Below are positions 45,099-55,710 of a stretch of 64,000 bases of DNA, one piece after another (the stretch's first letter is position 1; every line of letters starts with the position of its first letter). The notes beneath the pieces are model-generated. The model had not been told where the DNA came from. It was given only the letters and a program-made list of their open reading frames with translations, and made no database searches. Source of the DNA: a bacterium (GTDB lineage Bacteria > SAR324 > XYD2-FULL-50-16 > G965216635); contig OZ253454.1 in assembly GCA_965261475.1 (NCBI GenBank), forward strand, positions 543,813 through 607,812, in the 5' to 3' direction. Made by a program: the position numbers and the translations under genes.

Positions 45099-47525
45099 AT
45101 GCCTTATAATCCAAAAAGAATTGAACCTAAATGGCAAGAATATTGGAAAAAAAATAAAACGTTTCAAGCTAAAATCGATAAAAAAAAGAAAAAATTTTAC
45201 TGCTTAGATATGTTTCCCTACCCTTCTGGCAGTGGATTGCATGTGGGGCATCCAGAAGGCTATACAGCTACGGATATTTTTTGTCGCTACAAAAGAATGA
45301 GAGGTTGGAATGTTTTGCATACTATGGGATGGGATGCCTTTGGACTACCAGCAGAACAATATGCAATCAAAACAGGAATTCATCCTGCTAAAATCACTAA
45401 AAAAAATATTGATTACTTTAGGAAACAAATTCAATCTTTGGGATTTTCTTATGATTGGGATCGAGAGTTAAACACTACAGATCCTAATTATTACAAGTGG
45501 ACCCAGTGGATTTTTTTAAAACTTTATAAAAAGGGGTTAGCTTATCAAGAGGAAGCTCCGGTTAATTGGTGTCCAAACTTAAAAGCAGTACTCTCTCATG
45601 AGGAAGTTGAAAATGGACTTTCTGTGGAGGGCAGTCATCCGGTTTACCAAAAGAACTTAAGGCAATGGAAATTAAGAATTACAAAATATGCTGACGCATT
45701 ACTAGAAGGTTTAGCAGAGTTAGACTGGCCACCAGCAATTATAGAGATGCAAAAAAATTGGATTGGTAAATCTTGTGGAGTCAATGTTAAATTTGGTGTT
45801 CAAGATAGTGAATTATTTTTTGATGTTTTCACAACTAGGGCAGACACACTTTTTGGAGTTACTTATTGTGTGCTATCTCCAGAGCACCCACTTTTAAAAA
45901 AAATTATTTCTTTCAAATATCAAGCACAAGTTACTGCCTATCAAAAGCAGAGCGCTAGTAGAAGCGAAAGAACAAGAATGGCGCAGCAAAAAGAAAAAAC
46001 AGGTGTTTTTACTGGTAGTTTTGCTATTAACCCGATCAATAATTCTGTTATTCCTATTTGGATTGCAGATTATGTACTTATGGGTTATGGCACAGGAGCA
46101 ATTATGGCAGTACCAGCGCATGATCAAAGAGATTATGAGTTTGCAAAAAAATTTAATTTGAATATCAAAGAAGTAATTGCAGGTGGCAATATTACAAGAG
46201 CAGCATATAACAAAAAAGGTCAGCTTATAAATAGCGGTTTTGTGAATGGTATGAGTAGTGATAACGCAATTCGAAAAGTAAGAGCTTATTTAGTCAAAAA
46301 TAACCTTGGGGTTGAGCAAATAAATTATAAGCTCAGAGATTGGCTTTTTTCTCGTCAACGCTACTGGGGAGAGCCTATTCCAATCTTATTGGATGCCAAC
46401 TACAATTCTTACCCTTTAGCTGAACACGAATTGCCTTTATCTTTGCCTCAAACAGATTCTTTTCTTCCCCTAGCTAATGGAGAAAGCAGCTTAGCAAAAA
46501 TAAAATCTTGGGTAGATGTCAGCAAAGATGGCAAAGAATTTAAAAGAGAGACTAACACTATGCCGCAATGGGCTGGGAGTTGTTGGTATTATTTACGTTT
46601 TGTTGATCCTAGTAATTCTAAGCAAGCTTGGTCTCAAGAAGCAGAAAATTATTGGATGCCAGTAGATCTTTATGTAGGCGGTTCAGAGCACGCTGTCTTG
46701 CATCTTCTATATGCAAGGTTTTGGCACAAAGTACTGTATGATTATGGTTTGGTGCATACCAAAGAACCTTTTAAAAAATTGGTAAATCAAGGTATGATTT
46801 TGGGTCCAGACGGACAGAAAATGTCTAAATCTAGGTGCAATGTTATTAATCCTGAAGATATTATTGACGAATATGGAGCAGACTCTCTAAGGTTGTACGA
46901 GATGTTTATGGGTCCTTTAGAAAAAACAAAACCTTGGCAAACTAATGGAGTAGAAGGCATTTTTCGTTTTTTAAATAAGGTTTGGATTAGTTTTTTAGAC
47001 ATTGAGAGCAATTTACTTCCCTCTATTCAAGATATTAGCCCTAGCAAAGAAGATAAGGCTAAACTACATTACGCCATTAAAAAAATTACTAATGACCTAG
47101 AAGAGCTGAAGTTTAATACTGCTATTTCTGAGCTGATGGTATTTATAAACTATTTTTCTAAAAGAGAAGTAAAAGCTCGAGAAGTAGTAAAAACTTTTAC
47201 ATTGCTACTTTCTCCTTTTGCCCCTCATTTAGCAGAGGAGCTTTGGGAATTACTTGGTTATAAGAATAGTCTCGCCTATCATGTTTGGCCAAGTTATAAT
47301 GATAAATATCTAGCAAGCAAGATGTATATTTTACCAATTCAAATTAACGGCAAGGTACGCTTTAAAATAGAGGTAGCTAAATCAAGCACTAAAGAGCAGT
47401 TAATAGATAGGATCAAAAAAGAAAATAGTTTGCAAAAATACTTTAGAGGGCAAGAGATTAAAAATGTAGTTTTTGTGCCTGAAAAGATTATCAATTTTAT
47501 TGTTGTCTCAGCTAGTACAATTTGA
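45099..47525 (+). CDS. leuS: Leucine--tRNA ligase
   Basis: 808 aa. HIGH region (PYPSGSGLHVGH), KMSKS, editing domain, typical LeuRS N-terminus MPYNPKRIEPKWQEYW. Confidence 0.95.
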   Translation: MPYNPKRIEPKWQEYWKKNKTFQAKIDKKKKKFYCLDMFPYPSGSGLHVGHPEGYTATDIFCRYKRMRGWNVLHTMGWDAFGLPAEQYAIKTGIHPAKITKKNIDYFRKQIQSLGFSYDWDRELNTTDPNYYKWTQWIFLKLYKKGLAYQEEAPVNWCPNLKAVLSHEEVENGLSVEGSHPVYQKNLRQWKLRITKYADALLEGLAELDWPPAIIEMQKNWIGKSCGVNVKFGVQDSELFFDVFTTRADTLFGVTYCVLSPEHPLLKKIISFKYQAQVTAYQKQSASRSERTRMAQQKEKTGVFTGSFAINPINNSVIPIWIADYVLMGYGTGAIMAVPAHDQRDYEFAKKFNLNIKEVIAGGNITRAAYNKKGQLINSGFVNGMSSDNAIRKVRAYLVKNNLGVEQINYKLRDWLFSRQRYWGEPIPILLDANYNSYPLAEHELPLSLPQTDSFLPLANGESSLAKIKSWVDVSKDGKEFKRETNTMPQWAGSCWYYLRFVDPSNSKQAWSQEAENYWMPVDLYVGGSEHAVLHLLYARFWHKVLYDYGLVHTKEPFKKLVNQGMILGPDGQKMSKSRCNVINPEDIIDEYGADSLRLYEMFMGPLEKTKPWQTNGVEGIFRFLNKVWISFLDIESNLLPSIQDISPSKEDKAKLHYAIKKITNDLEELKFNTAISELMVFINYFSKREVKAREVVKTFTLLLSPFAPHLAEELWELLGYKNSLAYHVWPSYNDKYLASKMYILPIQINGKVRFKIEVAKSSTKEQLIDRIKKENSLQKYFRGQEIKNVVFVPEKIINFIVVSASTI

Positions 47526-47673
47526 GGCTATACTAGTATCAATATCACTCTAATGATAATTTCAATTTGCTACAATTTTGTTATTTGTATTATCCTTAGA
47601 TAAAAAAAATACTGTATAGAATCAGAGTAAATCATCTTATATTTTTTAGTTAAGTATTGAGTTTCTCAAATAT

Positions 47674-49545
47674 ATGCCAAAAATATCAATATATTCCTTA
47701 GCCTTTTTTCTTTTTTGCTCTTTTTCTTTGTTTGGTTTGTACTATCAAACAATTATTTTTTATAGTTTAGACTACGAATATTCTGTTCGCAATTATCAAT
47801 CATTTTTTATAGGACTATGTTACCAAATAGAAGTATCAGCAATTTTTAGTATTTTAAGCTTATTTGTTTCTTACTTTAGTCTGAAGATACAAAAAATTTA
47901 TATGCTCTTGTTGGCGGCTGTGTATTTTTTTATTTTTTATATTGATTTGCGTTACCTCTTACAATTTAACACTCACTTTCCTTTTTCTATATTGCAATAT
48001 TTAAAAACAGGAGAGGTATATCAAAGTTTTTGGGTAGAGCTTTGGCGCTTAGAATTTATTTTTTTTTGCTTGTTCCCCTATTTACTTTTTATTTTTTTGT
48101 TATTCTTTTTTTCCTTTCAAAGGAAGGTAAATTTTTGCCAAACAATTTACAGTTTTATTATATTATTTTTTATAGGTGTTATTCCTGCAAGTTACGCTAA
48201 TTCTTATTTAGGAAAGAGTAAACAAAACCCGTTGTCTACACAGGTTTTTATCTATTTTTGGGATAGCAGAACAATAGTATTGGAGAAAATAGCAACAAAA
48301 CCAATAAATCAATTAGCTGTTATCCAACAATATCTATCATCAAATACAAAGCTTTTACAAAAATCTACTTATCCGTTAGTAAATCAAAGTAAAAATAATA
48401 ATTGTTTTGAGCGGCAAAGTGATTTAAAAAAAGTTTTATGCTCTTTAGATAAACCTAATATTTTATTTTTAATGCTAGAATCTTTTAGAGCTAGTGATAT
48501 AGGAGCTTATGCTGGTAAACTGCCTCTGACGCCTAATTTTGATTATTTAGTCAAAGAAGGTATTTTGTTTCGTAATTTTTTTGCTAACGGATTTCAAACT
48601 AAACATGGTGAGGTAGCTAGTTTATGCTCTATAATGCCGTCTTATGGCAGAGCATTACTAGAGGGTTATTATCAAAATAATTATCTTTGCCTACCAGAAG
48701 TGTTAGCTAACCAAGGTTATCATACTTCTTTTATACACAATGGTGATTTAGCGTTTGATAATCAGTATTCTTTTTTCAAAAACAATGGTTTTCAAAAAAT
48801 TATAGATAAGTTTGATTTTAGCTTTAATACAGAAGTTTTAGGTTGGGGATATTCTGATGAGGCTCTATTTCAAAAATGGCTGATAGAGCTTCAAAACACA
48901 AAAACTCCTTTTTTTTCTGTAGGGCTTACTTTAACTACTCACCATCCCTATGATATTCCTCAAGATTTTGAGCATCGTGTCTCTCACTTGAATTTAGGCA
49001 ATAATAATCGTGCAAAATTTTTTAAATCTATTGCTTACACTGATTATCAACTAGGAAGGTTTATTGAGCAAATCAAACAAACACAATGGTATAAAAATAG
49101 TCTAATATTTATTTTTGCTGACTCGTCTCACTACATTACTCCACAACAACCAACTAGTAATATTTTAGAAAAAATTCGTATCCACCACCAAATTCCTCTT
49201 TTAATTTTGAGTGGAGGCACTAAGCTAGCACAAGAAGTAGATAATTATGCTAGTCAAATTGACTTAGCGCCTACTATCATAGATTTATTGAATATTCAAG
49301 TAGCTACTCCTTGGGTTGGTAAATCTTTATTAGCAGATAGAGAGTTCCTTGCTTTTGCCAATAGACCAGCGAATCATTGGAGCATTTTTAGCAAAGAAGG
49401 CAGCTTGTCTATTTTTCCTTCTGGAGATGTAGCGCTACAAGATTTATCTAAAAAAAGAAAAAACTATTTTATTTCACTAGCTAACAGTTGGATAATTTCT
49501 CAAAAATGGCTACTACAAAATAATAAAATTTGGGGAGAATTTTGA
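47674..49545 (+). CDS. Sulfatase-superfamily membrane protein (LTA synthase / phosphoglycerol- or phosphoethanolamine-transferase-like)
   Basis: Five N-terminal TM helices, then an alkaline-phosphatase-superfamily domain (LFLMLESFRASD...FQTKHGEVASLCS). 623 aa. Confidence 0.65.
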   Translation: MPKISIYSLAFFLFCSFSLFGLYYQTIIFYSLDYEYSVRNYQSFFIGLCYQIEVSAIFSILSLFVSYFSLKIQKIYMLLLAAVYFFIFYIDLRYLLQFNTHFPFSILQYLKTGEVYQSFWVELWRLEFIFFCLFPYLLFIFLLFFFSFQRKVNFCQTIYSFIILFFIGVIPASYANSYLGKSKQNPLSTQVFIYFWDSRTIVLEKIATKPINQLAVIQQYLSSNTKLLQKSTYPLVNQSKNNNCFERQSDLKKVLCSLDKPNILFLMLESFRASDIGAYAGKLPLTPNFDYLVKEGILFRNFFANGFQTKHGEVASLCSIMPSYGRALLEGYYQNNYLCLPEVLANQGYHTSFIHNGDLAFDNQYSFFKNNGFQKIIDKFDFSFNTEVLGWGYSDEALFQKWLIELQNTKTPFFSVGLTLTTHHPYDIPQDFEHRVSHLNLGNNNRAKFFKSIAYTDYQLGRFIEQIKQTQWYKNSLIFIFADSSHYITPQQPTSNILEKIRIHHQIPLLILSGGTKLAQEVDNYASQIDLAPTIIDLLNIQVATPWVGKSLLADREFLAFANRPANHWSIFSKEGSLSIFPSGDVALQDLSKKRKNYFISLANSWIISQKWLLQNNKIWGEF

Positions 49546-49646
49546 TGGTAAGTAATTAACATTGATTATATTGTGAGTTATTAGTCGCTCATTGTGGTCT
49601 GCTAGCAAAACATATTGATCAACCAAGCTTTGTATATTCTAAAAAG

Positions 49647-50327
49647 CTATTTACGAATCCACCCTCTCCATTGAAAAATACTAAAAATTACATTATTGAG
49701 TGCTGTCGCTAAATATGTCAAAGCAGCAGCTTTTAGGATTTCCTGTGCTAGAGGTATTTGCTTCTTGTTGATATATTTTCCTGCTTTTAGCATTGGCAGT
49801 GCTTTTAAAAAACTAGCGTCCCATTCTAAGGGCAATGTACAAAAGTGAATTATTATGTTAATCAAAGATGCTCCAAGGTAAAACAACAAGGCAAACAATC
49901 CGCTAATTGGACGAAAAGCAAATAAAAATGGTGTAATCATTAGCATAATAGTGCTTATAACTCTTAGGCTTTGAAAAATTTTTAATAAAAAAAATCTTGC
50001 TCTTAGTAGGATGCTACCTGAGTAGTCTTGCATCGCATGACCCACCTCGTGGGCTGCTATGACTATAGCGCAAAGAGACTTTCCGTGGTAGTTTTGAGGA
50101 CTGAGAGCGATAACTTTCTTTACTGGATCGTAATAATCACTTGCTTTTTGTTCTATTACTTTGACTTTTAGAATAGATAATTTTTGTAACAAATGCTTGG
50201 TAAACTCGGCGCCTGTGCCTTGAATATTATCTAAATTTTGTCTGTTTTTTGCAAAAACTTTTTTTACCCAGTATTGTGGAAGCAGCGTCAGAATTAAAAA
50301 CAGAATTATTCCTAAAATTTGAAGCAT
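49647..50327 (-). CDS. Membrane zinc metallopeptidase (YugP/Zn_peptidase_2-like)
   Basis: 226 aa. HEVGH (HExxH) motif flanked by TM helices. Confidence 0.6.
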   Translation of the reverse strand: MLQILGIILFLILTLLPQYWVKKVFAKNRQNLDNIQGTGAEFTKHLLQKLSILKVKVIEQKASDYYDPVKKVIALSPQNYHGKSLCAIVIAAHEVGHAMQDYSGSILLRARFFLLKIFQSLRVISTIMLMITPFLFAFRPISGLFALLFYLGASLINIIIHFCTLPLEWDASFLKALPMLKAGKYINKKQIPLAQEILKAAALTYLATALNNVIFSIFQWRGWIRK

Positions 50328-50335
50328 AATAAAAT

Positions 50336-51358
50336 ATGAATGTGTTAAGGTTTGTTTATTTTGTTTTATACCTTTTTTTTCGTATATTTTGCAAGTTTCA
50401 AAAACCTTACAAGGCGCAACTTCCTATTATTTCAGTAGGTAATATTCTTGTGGGTGGTACTGGTAAAACTCCTTTTGTTAGCTGGCTCATAGGTTTTTTA
50501 AAACAAGAAGGATTTTCTCCTATTGTATTGACTAGAGGTTATCGCTCTGTTGGCAAAGGAATTAGAGTGCTAACCAATATCCAAGATAAAAAAACAGAAG
50601 TAAATGTTTACGGAGATGAGGCTGCTATGCTTTCCATGTTACATCGCACAACACCTATTATTGTTTCTGCAAATAGAATAGCTAGTTTAAAAAAATATTC
50701 CTTTTTAGGTGATATAGCTATTTTAGATGATGGTATGCAACAGTTAAAGATCAAAAAAGATTTAGACATAGGGTTGGTAGATGCTTTAGTAGGCTTTGGC
50801 AACAAAAAGCTGTTGCCTCAAGGAAGATTGCGAGAGCCTATGAGGGAGCTGCAAAGGAATGATTTTTTTTTGCTTTCTCGTTGCAACTTACAAAAAAATA
50901 AACAACAATTGACTAGTATTACTACAGAGCTTCCTAAAGATAAAACCTACTACAAGTTGAACTTACATGCTAACAGTTTAGTGAGTTCTAAAAATTTACA
51001 AAACTACAGCATCCAAAAATTACGAAACCAGAATGTTGTTTTATTTTCTGGGATTTCTAATCCGCAAGGTTTTAAATTTTTGGTAAAAATTTTTTTGGGT
51101 CCAAAGGGAAGAATTCTGCAAACTTATAATTTTTGTGATCATTTTCAATATACTAAAAAAGATTTAGAGCGTATTTTTGCTGTGGAATATTTGACGAAAG
51201 CCTTGTTTCTAACAACCGAAAAAGATTTAGTAAAATTATTTTACTTTCAGGATATTTTACCAGAATTTTTTATTTTACAAACAAAGTTAGAGCTTCCTGT
51301 AGCTTTGATAAGACACTTAAGAAAATTTCTAAAACAACATAAAAATAAAAAAATATAA
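50336..51358 (+). CDS. lpxK: Tetraacyldisaccharide 4'-kinase
   Basis: P-loop ISVGNILVGGTGKTP and length (340 aa) typical of LpxK. Confidence 0.85.
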   Translation: MNVLRFVYFVLYLFFRIFCKFQKPYKAQLPIISVGNILVGGTGKTPFVSWLIGFLKQEGFSPIVLTRGYRSVGKGIRVLTNIQDKKTEVNVYGDEAAMLSMLHRTTPIIVSANRIASLKKYSFLGDIAILDDGMQQLKIKKDLDIGLVDALVGFGNKKLLPQGRLREPMRELQRNDFFLLSRCNLQKNKQQLTSITTELPKDKTYYKLNLHANSLVSSKNLQNYSIQKLRNQNVVLFSGISNPQGFKFLVKIFLGPKGRILQTYNFCDHFQYTKKDLERIFAVEYLTKALFLTTEKDLVKLFYFQDILPEFFILQTKLELPVALIRHLRKFLKQHKNKKI

Positions 51359-51675
51359 TGAAATTTGAAAAATTTAATGAAATTTTTGATATAATAGAGC
51401 AAAGAAAAAATTGTGCTACTACAGAAAATTCTTATGTATCAAAACTAAAATCACAGGGTATAGATTCTGTATTAAAAAAAATAGGAGAAGAAAGTGCAGA
51501 AGTTATTATGGCTGTCAAAGATAAAAAAAAATCAGAAATTATACACGAAGTAACAGATCTTTTTTTTCACCTATTAATTTTGCTTAATTTTGAAGATATA
51601 ACACCTCAAGAAATAGCCAATGAGTTAGCACAAAGACACATTAAGAAAAAAACAAATGATACAAAGAGAAAATAA
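51358..51675 (+). CDS. hisE: Phosphoribosyl-ATP pyrophosphohydrolase
   Basis: 105 aa MazG-like. ...KIGEESAEVIMA...EVTDLFFHLLILL matches HisE. Start shares 1 nt with the lpxK stop (TAATG). Confidence 0.8.
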   Translation: MKFEKFNEIFDIIEQRKNCATTENSYVSKLKSQGIDSVLKKIGEESAEVIMAVKDKKKSEIIHEVTDLFFHLLILLNFEDITPQEIANELAQRHIKKKTNDTKRK

Positions 51676-52510
51676 ATTGTTATTAGCGATTCCTAAAAAA
51701 GGCAGATTAAGTCACGATAGCGAAGCAATTTTACAACAGGCAGGAATACAGTTTAAGAAAAGTTTTCGCAGCGATATTGCTTTTTGTCAAAAATTACCAT
51801 TGGGGATAGTTATGTTGCCAGCTAAGGATATTACTAGCTATGTTGCAAGAGGAGAAGTAGATTTAGGCATTACAGGAGAAGATTTAGTACTAGAATCAAA
51901 ACTAAATGTTCACAAAAAAATATCTTTAAACTATGGTAAGTGCCAACTTTGTGTGCTAGCTATGACAAAAGATGTATTACAGGTAAAAGATGAGGTAGTG
52001 GTTGCTACTTCTTACCCCGTACTCACCAAAAAATTTTTTCAAAAAATATCTCAAAAGGTCAGCGTTATAGAGCTTTCTGGATCTGTAGAAATAGCTTGCG
52101 CCTTAGGACTTGCGGATCTAGTGGTAGATTTAGTAGATACAGGAGAGACTATTAAAGCTATGGGTTTGCAAATTTTACATGTTATTTTAGAATCTGAAGC
52201 CTGTCTGATCGCTAACTCTCGTACCAATCATCCAAAGTTGGTAGAAAAAATTTGTTTGCGTATAGGTGGGGTTTGCAAAGCTAAAAAATATTGTATGATT
52301 GAGTATAATATTCAAAGAAAAAATTTACTTCAAGGGGAATTGCTTACACCGGGTGGGATTTCTCCTACTATTATGCCTTTAGAGCATAAAGATTGGGCAG
52401 CTGTGAAAGCTTTAATTGTTAAAGAAAATTCTGTTGACATTATGGAAAAATTAGAAAAAATAGGAGCAAAAGATATTCTTATTTGCGATATTCAAAATTG
52501 CCGAATGTAA
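51656..52510 (+). CDS. hisG: ATP phosphoribosyltransferase, long form with C-terminal regulatory domain
   Basis: LLLAIPKKGRLS N-terminus, 284 aa including the HisG_C domain. Overlaps hisE by 20 nt. Confidence 0.85.
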   Translation: MIQRENKLLLAIPKKGRLSHDSEAILQQAGIQFKKSFRSDIAFCQKLPLGIVMLPAKDITSYVARGEVDLGITGEDLVLESKLNVHKKISLNYGKCQLCVLAMTKDVLQVKDEVVVATSYPVLTKKFFQKISQKVSVIELSGSVEIACALGLADLVVDLVDTGETIKAMGLQILHVILESEACLIANSRTNHPKLVEKICLRIGGVCKAKKYCMIEYNIQRKNLLQGELLTPGGISPTIMPLEHKDWAAVKALIVKENSVDIMEKLEKIGAKDILICDIQNCRM

Positions 52511-52516
52511 ATCAAA

Positions 52517-53065
52517 ATGCTTATAGAAGGTGGAATTCTAAAAAAAATTTATATTGAAGTTATTGAAGAAAAAGGACTACGTCCTACCAAAAGTAGAATT
52601 CGTGCTAGTGTTTTTGATATACTAACTCATAAAATTACTTTTACTGATTGCTATTTTTTTGATCTTTTTGCTGGTAGCGGAGCTATGGGTATAGATGCGA
52701 TAAATCGTGGGTTTACCAAAAGTTTTTTTTTTGAGAATAATAGGAGAATATTTAACGCTCTGAGACGAAACTTAAATAATCTGCCAAAAAATTTTGAAAC
52801 AGAGCTTTATTTTGGAGATAGTTTTCTTATTTTACAAAAACTTTCATTTTTAAAAAATATTGCTAAGGTTTTCTTTGTGGATGCTCCTTATACTTTTATT
52901 TATGAAAAGGAACTGCTAAAATTGATTAGAGAAGTTTCTGTAGCTGGTGACATATTGATTATTGAAAAGGATCAAGATATTACAAAAATTTTAAATGAAA
53001 ATAATATTTGTGTTTCAAAACTTAAAAAGTATGGCAAAATTTACTTGCATTTTATGGAATTTTAG
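52517..53065 (+). CDS. rsmD: 16S rRNA (guanine966-N2)-methyltransferase
   Basis: 182 aa. SAM motif FDLFAGSGAMGIDA and catalytic VDAPY (D/N-PPY-like), the RsmD architecture. Confidence 0.75.
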   Translation: MLIEGGILKKIYIEVIEEKGLRPTKSRIRASVFDILTHKITFTDCYFFDLFAGSGAMGIDAINRGFTKSFFFENNRRIFNALRRNLNNLPKNFETELYFGDSFLILQKLSFLKNIAKVFFVDAPYTFIYEKELLKLIREVSVAGDILIIEKDQDITKILNENNICVSKLKKYGKIYLHFMEF

Positions 53066-53792
53066 AAAAAAAATAGCAGGGTTATTGTTATTGTTTTTAT
53101 TATTCTACAACAATCTTTTTGCTACTGGCTCTTTAATTACATCTCGTAACTATTATTTTTTTAAAGAACCAAGTTACACTAGTCAAAGATATTATATTCC
53201 TAGACATCAAGCTTTTAATGTTTTAGATTTATACAAAAACAAAGAAGGTCAATATTTTTTTCTTGTCAAAGCTAATGTCATCAAAAAAAAAGAAAAAAAA
53301 ATAGGGTTTGTTTTTGTGAATACTACTTTAAAAAAAGATGCTATTGTTCAAGTATTTCAAAAAATACCTGAAAAAACGGCAGATATTTTAAATTATTATA
53401 ATCTAGCATCTTTAGAATTAAAATTTATAGCAGAGGCAGGTGCATCAAAAATATTCCCCTTTCAAAATTGGTATAAGGTTACGTATAACTTTGATGTTCC
53501 AGAAGAAGTTTGGGTCTCGGAGTCTGTAGCTATTTATCGTTTTGATAAATCTGCTCTGTGGCTTTCTACAAAATTCCAAGAGTTAGCTGCAGAAGGTATA
53601 GCTCGCAAAAAAAAGAATAAAATATTAGCTGGTATTGTAGATAAAACCTACTCTAAAAAGGAAGTGTTATTAACCTTAGGTTTGCCACTTGAAACCAGCG
53701 AAAAAAATAATTTAGTCGAATTAATCTACAAGGATCGAAAAATTATTCTAAAACAAAATATAGTTACACAAATTATTTTAAATAAGGAATGA
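53031..53792 (+). CDS. Hypothetical exported protein
   Basis: Start likely MAKFTC...KKIAGLLLLFLLFYNNLFATG (signal peptide), overlapping the rsmD 3' end. 253 aa, no recognised domain. 3' end overlaps the tyrS start by 4 nt. Confidence 0.55.
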   Translation: MAKFTCILWNFRKKIAGLLLLFLLFYNNLFATGSLITSRNYYFFKEPSYTSQRYYIPRHQAFNVLDLYKNKEGQYFFLVKANVIKKKEKKIGFVFVNTTLKKDAIVQVFQKIPEKTADILNYYNLASLELKFIAEAGASKIFPFQNWYKVTYNFDVPEEVWVSESVAIYRFDKSALWLSTKFQELAAEGIARKKKNKILAGIVDKTYSKKEVLLTLGLPLETSEKNNLVELIYKDRKIILKQNIVTQIILNKE

Positions 53793-55051
53793 AGTTATCT
53801 CAAGAAATTCAAGAAAGAGGATTTATAGAAGCTGTAACTCATCAAACGATTTTTTCAAAGCTAGATTTAGAAAATATTTGTTTTTATGTAGGGTTTGACC
53901 CCTCAGCAGATAGTTTTCATTTAGGGCAATTGGCGGTTTTTCGTTTAATATCTTTACTTCAAAAAAATGGACATACTCCAATTTTGTTAATAGGAGGATC
54001 TACTGGTAGTGTTGGGGATCCCTCTGGGAAGGATACAGAAAGACCACTGCTTAGTAAAGAGCAAATTAGCAATAATATAGCAAAGTTACAATTACAGTTT
54101 CAAAAGTTTTTTGATTTTAAAAGAGTTAACGGAGCACAAATTTTAGATAATTATAGTTGGATGCAACATTTTAGCTATCTAGATTTTTTAAGAGATATAG
54201 GAAAATTTTTTCCTGTTAGTAGCATGATAGGCAAAGAGTCGATAAAAAGTAGATTACAAGGAGCTGGTATTACCTATACAGAATTTAGTTATATGCTATT
54301 GCAAGCCTATGATTTTTATTTTTTATCAAAAAATAAAAATTGTTTTTTGCAATTAGGAGGCTCTGACCAATGGGGGAATATTATTGCAGGGATCGATTTG
54401 ATTCGCAGGATTTCTAGTAAACAAGCTTATGGTTTGACTATGCCTTTAGTAACCACAAGAGATGGTGCGAAACTTGGGAAAAGTGAGGGTAATGCAGTAT
54501 GGCTAGATAAATCAAAAACTTCTCCGTTTCAGCTTTATCAATACCTTGTACGCTCTGATGATAAAGATATTATAAGATTGTTGAAATTGTTGAGTGACTT
54601 GTCTTTAGCAGAAATAGCAAGGTTATCAGCTTTACATGAAGCTAGTCCTCATTTACGAAAAGCACACCAAGCATTAGCAGAGAATGTAGTATTAGCACTA
54701 CACGGAGTAGAAGAATTAAAAAAAGTTCAAAAAGCCAATAGCATTTTTTACGGAGATCTTGTAGGTAAAATAGATGATAAGCTAGTTTTAGAAATTTTTG
54801 AGGATGTCTCATTTTATAAAGTAGCTGAAGACAAAATTATCAAAGGATGGGACCTAGTAGAAGCATTAGTAGTTATAGGCGTCGTGGATTCTAATAGTAA
54901 AGCAAGAAAACTAATAGAATCTGGAGGTATTTATCTCAATAATCAAAAAACTACTGTAGTAACTACAAAAATCACCAAAGAACATAGAATTTCAAAACAA
55001 TTTATTTTACTTAGAAAAGGAAAAAAAAATTATTATTTGATAAAATTTTGA
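53789..55051 (+). CDS. tyrS: Tyrosine--tRNA ligase
   Basis: Class-I HIGH-type motif (SFHLGQL), KMSKS-type KLGKS, C-terminal S4-like domain, 420 aa. Confidence 0.9.
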   Translation: MKLSQEIQERGFIEAVTHQTIFSKLDLENICFYVGFDPSADSFHLGQLAVFRLISLLQKNGHTPILLIGGSTGSVGDPSGKDTERPLLSKEQISNNIAKLQLQFQKFFDFKRVNGAQILDNYSWMQHFSYLDFLRDIGKFFPVSSMIGKESIKSRLQGAGITYTEFSYMLLQAYDFYFLSKNKNCFLQLGGSDQWGNIIAGIDLIRRISSKQAYGLTMPLVTTRDGAKLGKSEGNAVWLDKSKTSPFQLYQYLVRSDDKDIIRLLKLLSDLSLAEIARLSALHEASPHLRKAHQALAENVVLALHGVEELKKVQKANSIFYGDLVGKIDDKLVLEIFEDVSFYKVAEDKIIKGWDLVEALVVIGVVDSNSKARKLIESGGIYLNNQKTTVVTTKITKEHRISKQFILLRKGKKNYYLIKF

Positions 55052-55269
55052 TCTTATTGTAGCCTCTTGTTGAAGGTATTAGGTATTTTTATGATGGTTG
55101 AAACGAAGCAAAAGCGTAAAGTGGTGACTTTAAAAAGGTGTTTTGTGCTCTAGGTGGTAGATTAGACAGTATCAAAAATTTTAGGACTTTAATATATTAT
55201 CATAGTTAGCAAGCAACATTTCTGTTTGCTTTTAGGCTGAGCTGGCTTGCAAGTTTAACACAAAAATAA

Positions 55270-55710
55270 ATGGAAAATAGTATTTTTGATTTTGGTTTGT
55301 TGCATTTAGAATGGACGAATGTAATTTTTACATTGGTTGTCTTTTCTGCTTCTATTTTTTTACTACATGTACTACTTTTTCGACCAGTCATTAGAACCAT
55401 TCAAAACAGAGAGAATTATCAAGGATCAGGAGAAAACAAAATTATAGAATTGCAAAATAGTATTGACAATGCAGCAGCAGAAATAATTAGTTTACAAAAA
55501 AATTCTTCAAAAACAATGCTAGATTATAGAGCAAAACAAATGCAAGAGGTAAAACAAATCGCAGATGGAATTATTCAAAGTGTTAAGAAGAAACTGGATG
55601 CTGAAAACCAAGAGTTTCGCCATCAATTAAAGCTTGAGATTGATCAACTAGAGCTCAACATAGATCAATTTTCCGATACTCTAGTAGCACAATTAAAACA
55701 AAAAATATGA
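55270..55710 (+). CDS. F0F1 ATP synthase subunit b' (second b-type subunit)
   Basis: 146 aa. Single N-terminal TM then a long coiled coil, immediately upstream of and overlapping atpF. b-like paralogue. Confidence 0.65.
   Translation: MENSIFDFGLLHLEWTNVIFTLVVFSASIFLLHVLLFRPVIRTIQNRENYQGSGENKIIELQNSIDNAAAEIISLQKNSSKTMLDYRAKQMQEVKQIADGIIQSVKKKLDAENQEFRHQLKLEIDQLELNIDQFSDTLVAQLKQKI

Noticed and set aside
52517-53065. Possible DNA methyltransferase of a restriction-modification system
   Set aside because: Size (182 aa) and motifs fit the rRNA methyltransferase RsmD. No restriction endonuclease or specificity gene nearby.
55207-55233. Terminator after tyrS (AGCAA-N13-TTGCT then TTT)
   Set aside because: Only a 5-bp stem with a 13-nt loop and 3-4 U residues. 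Too weak to call.
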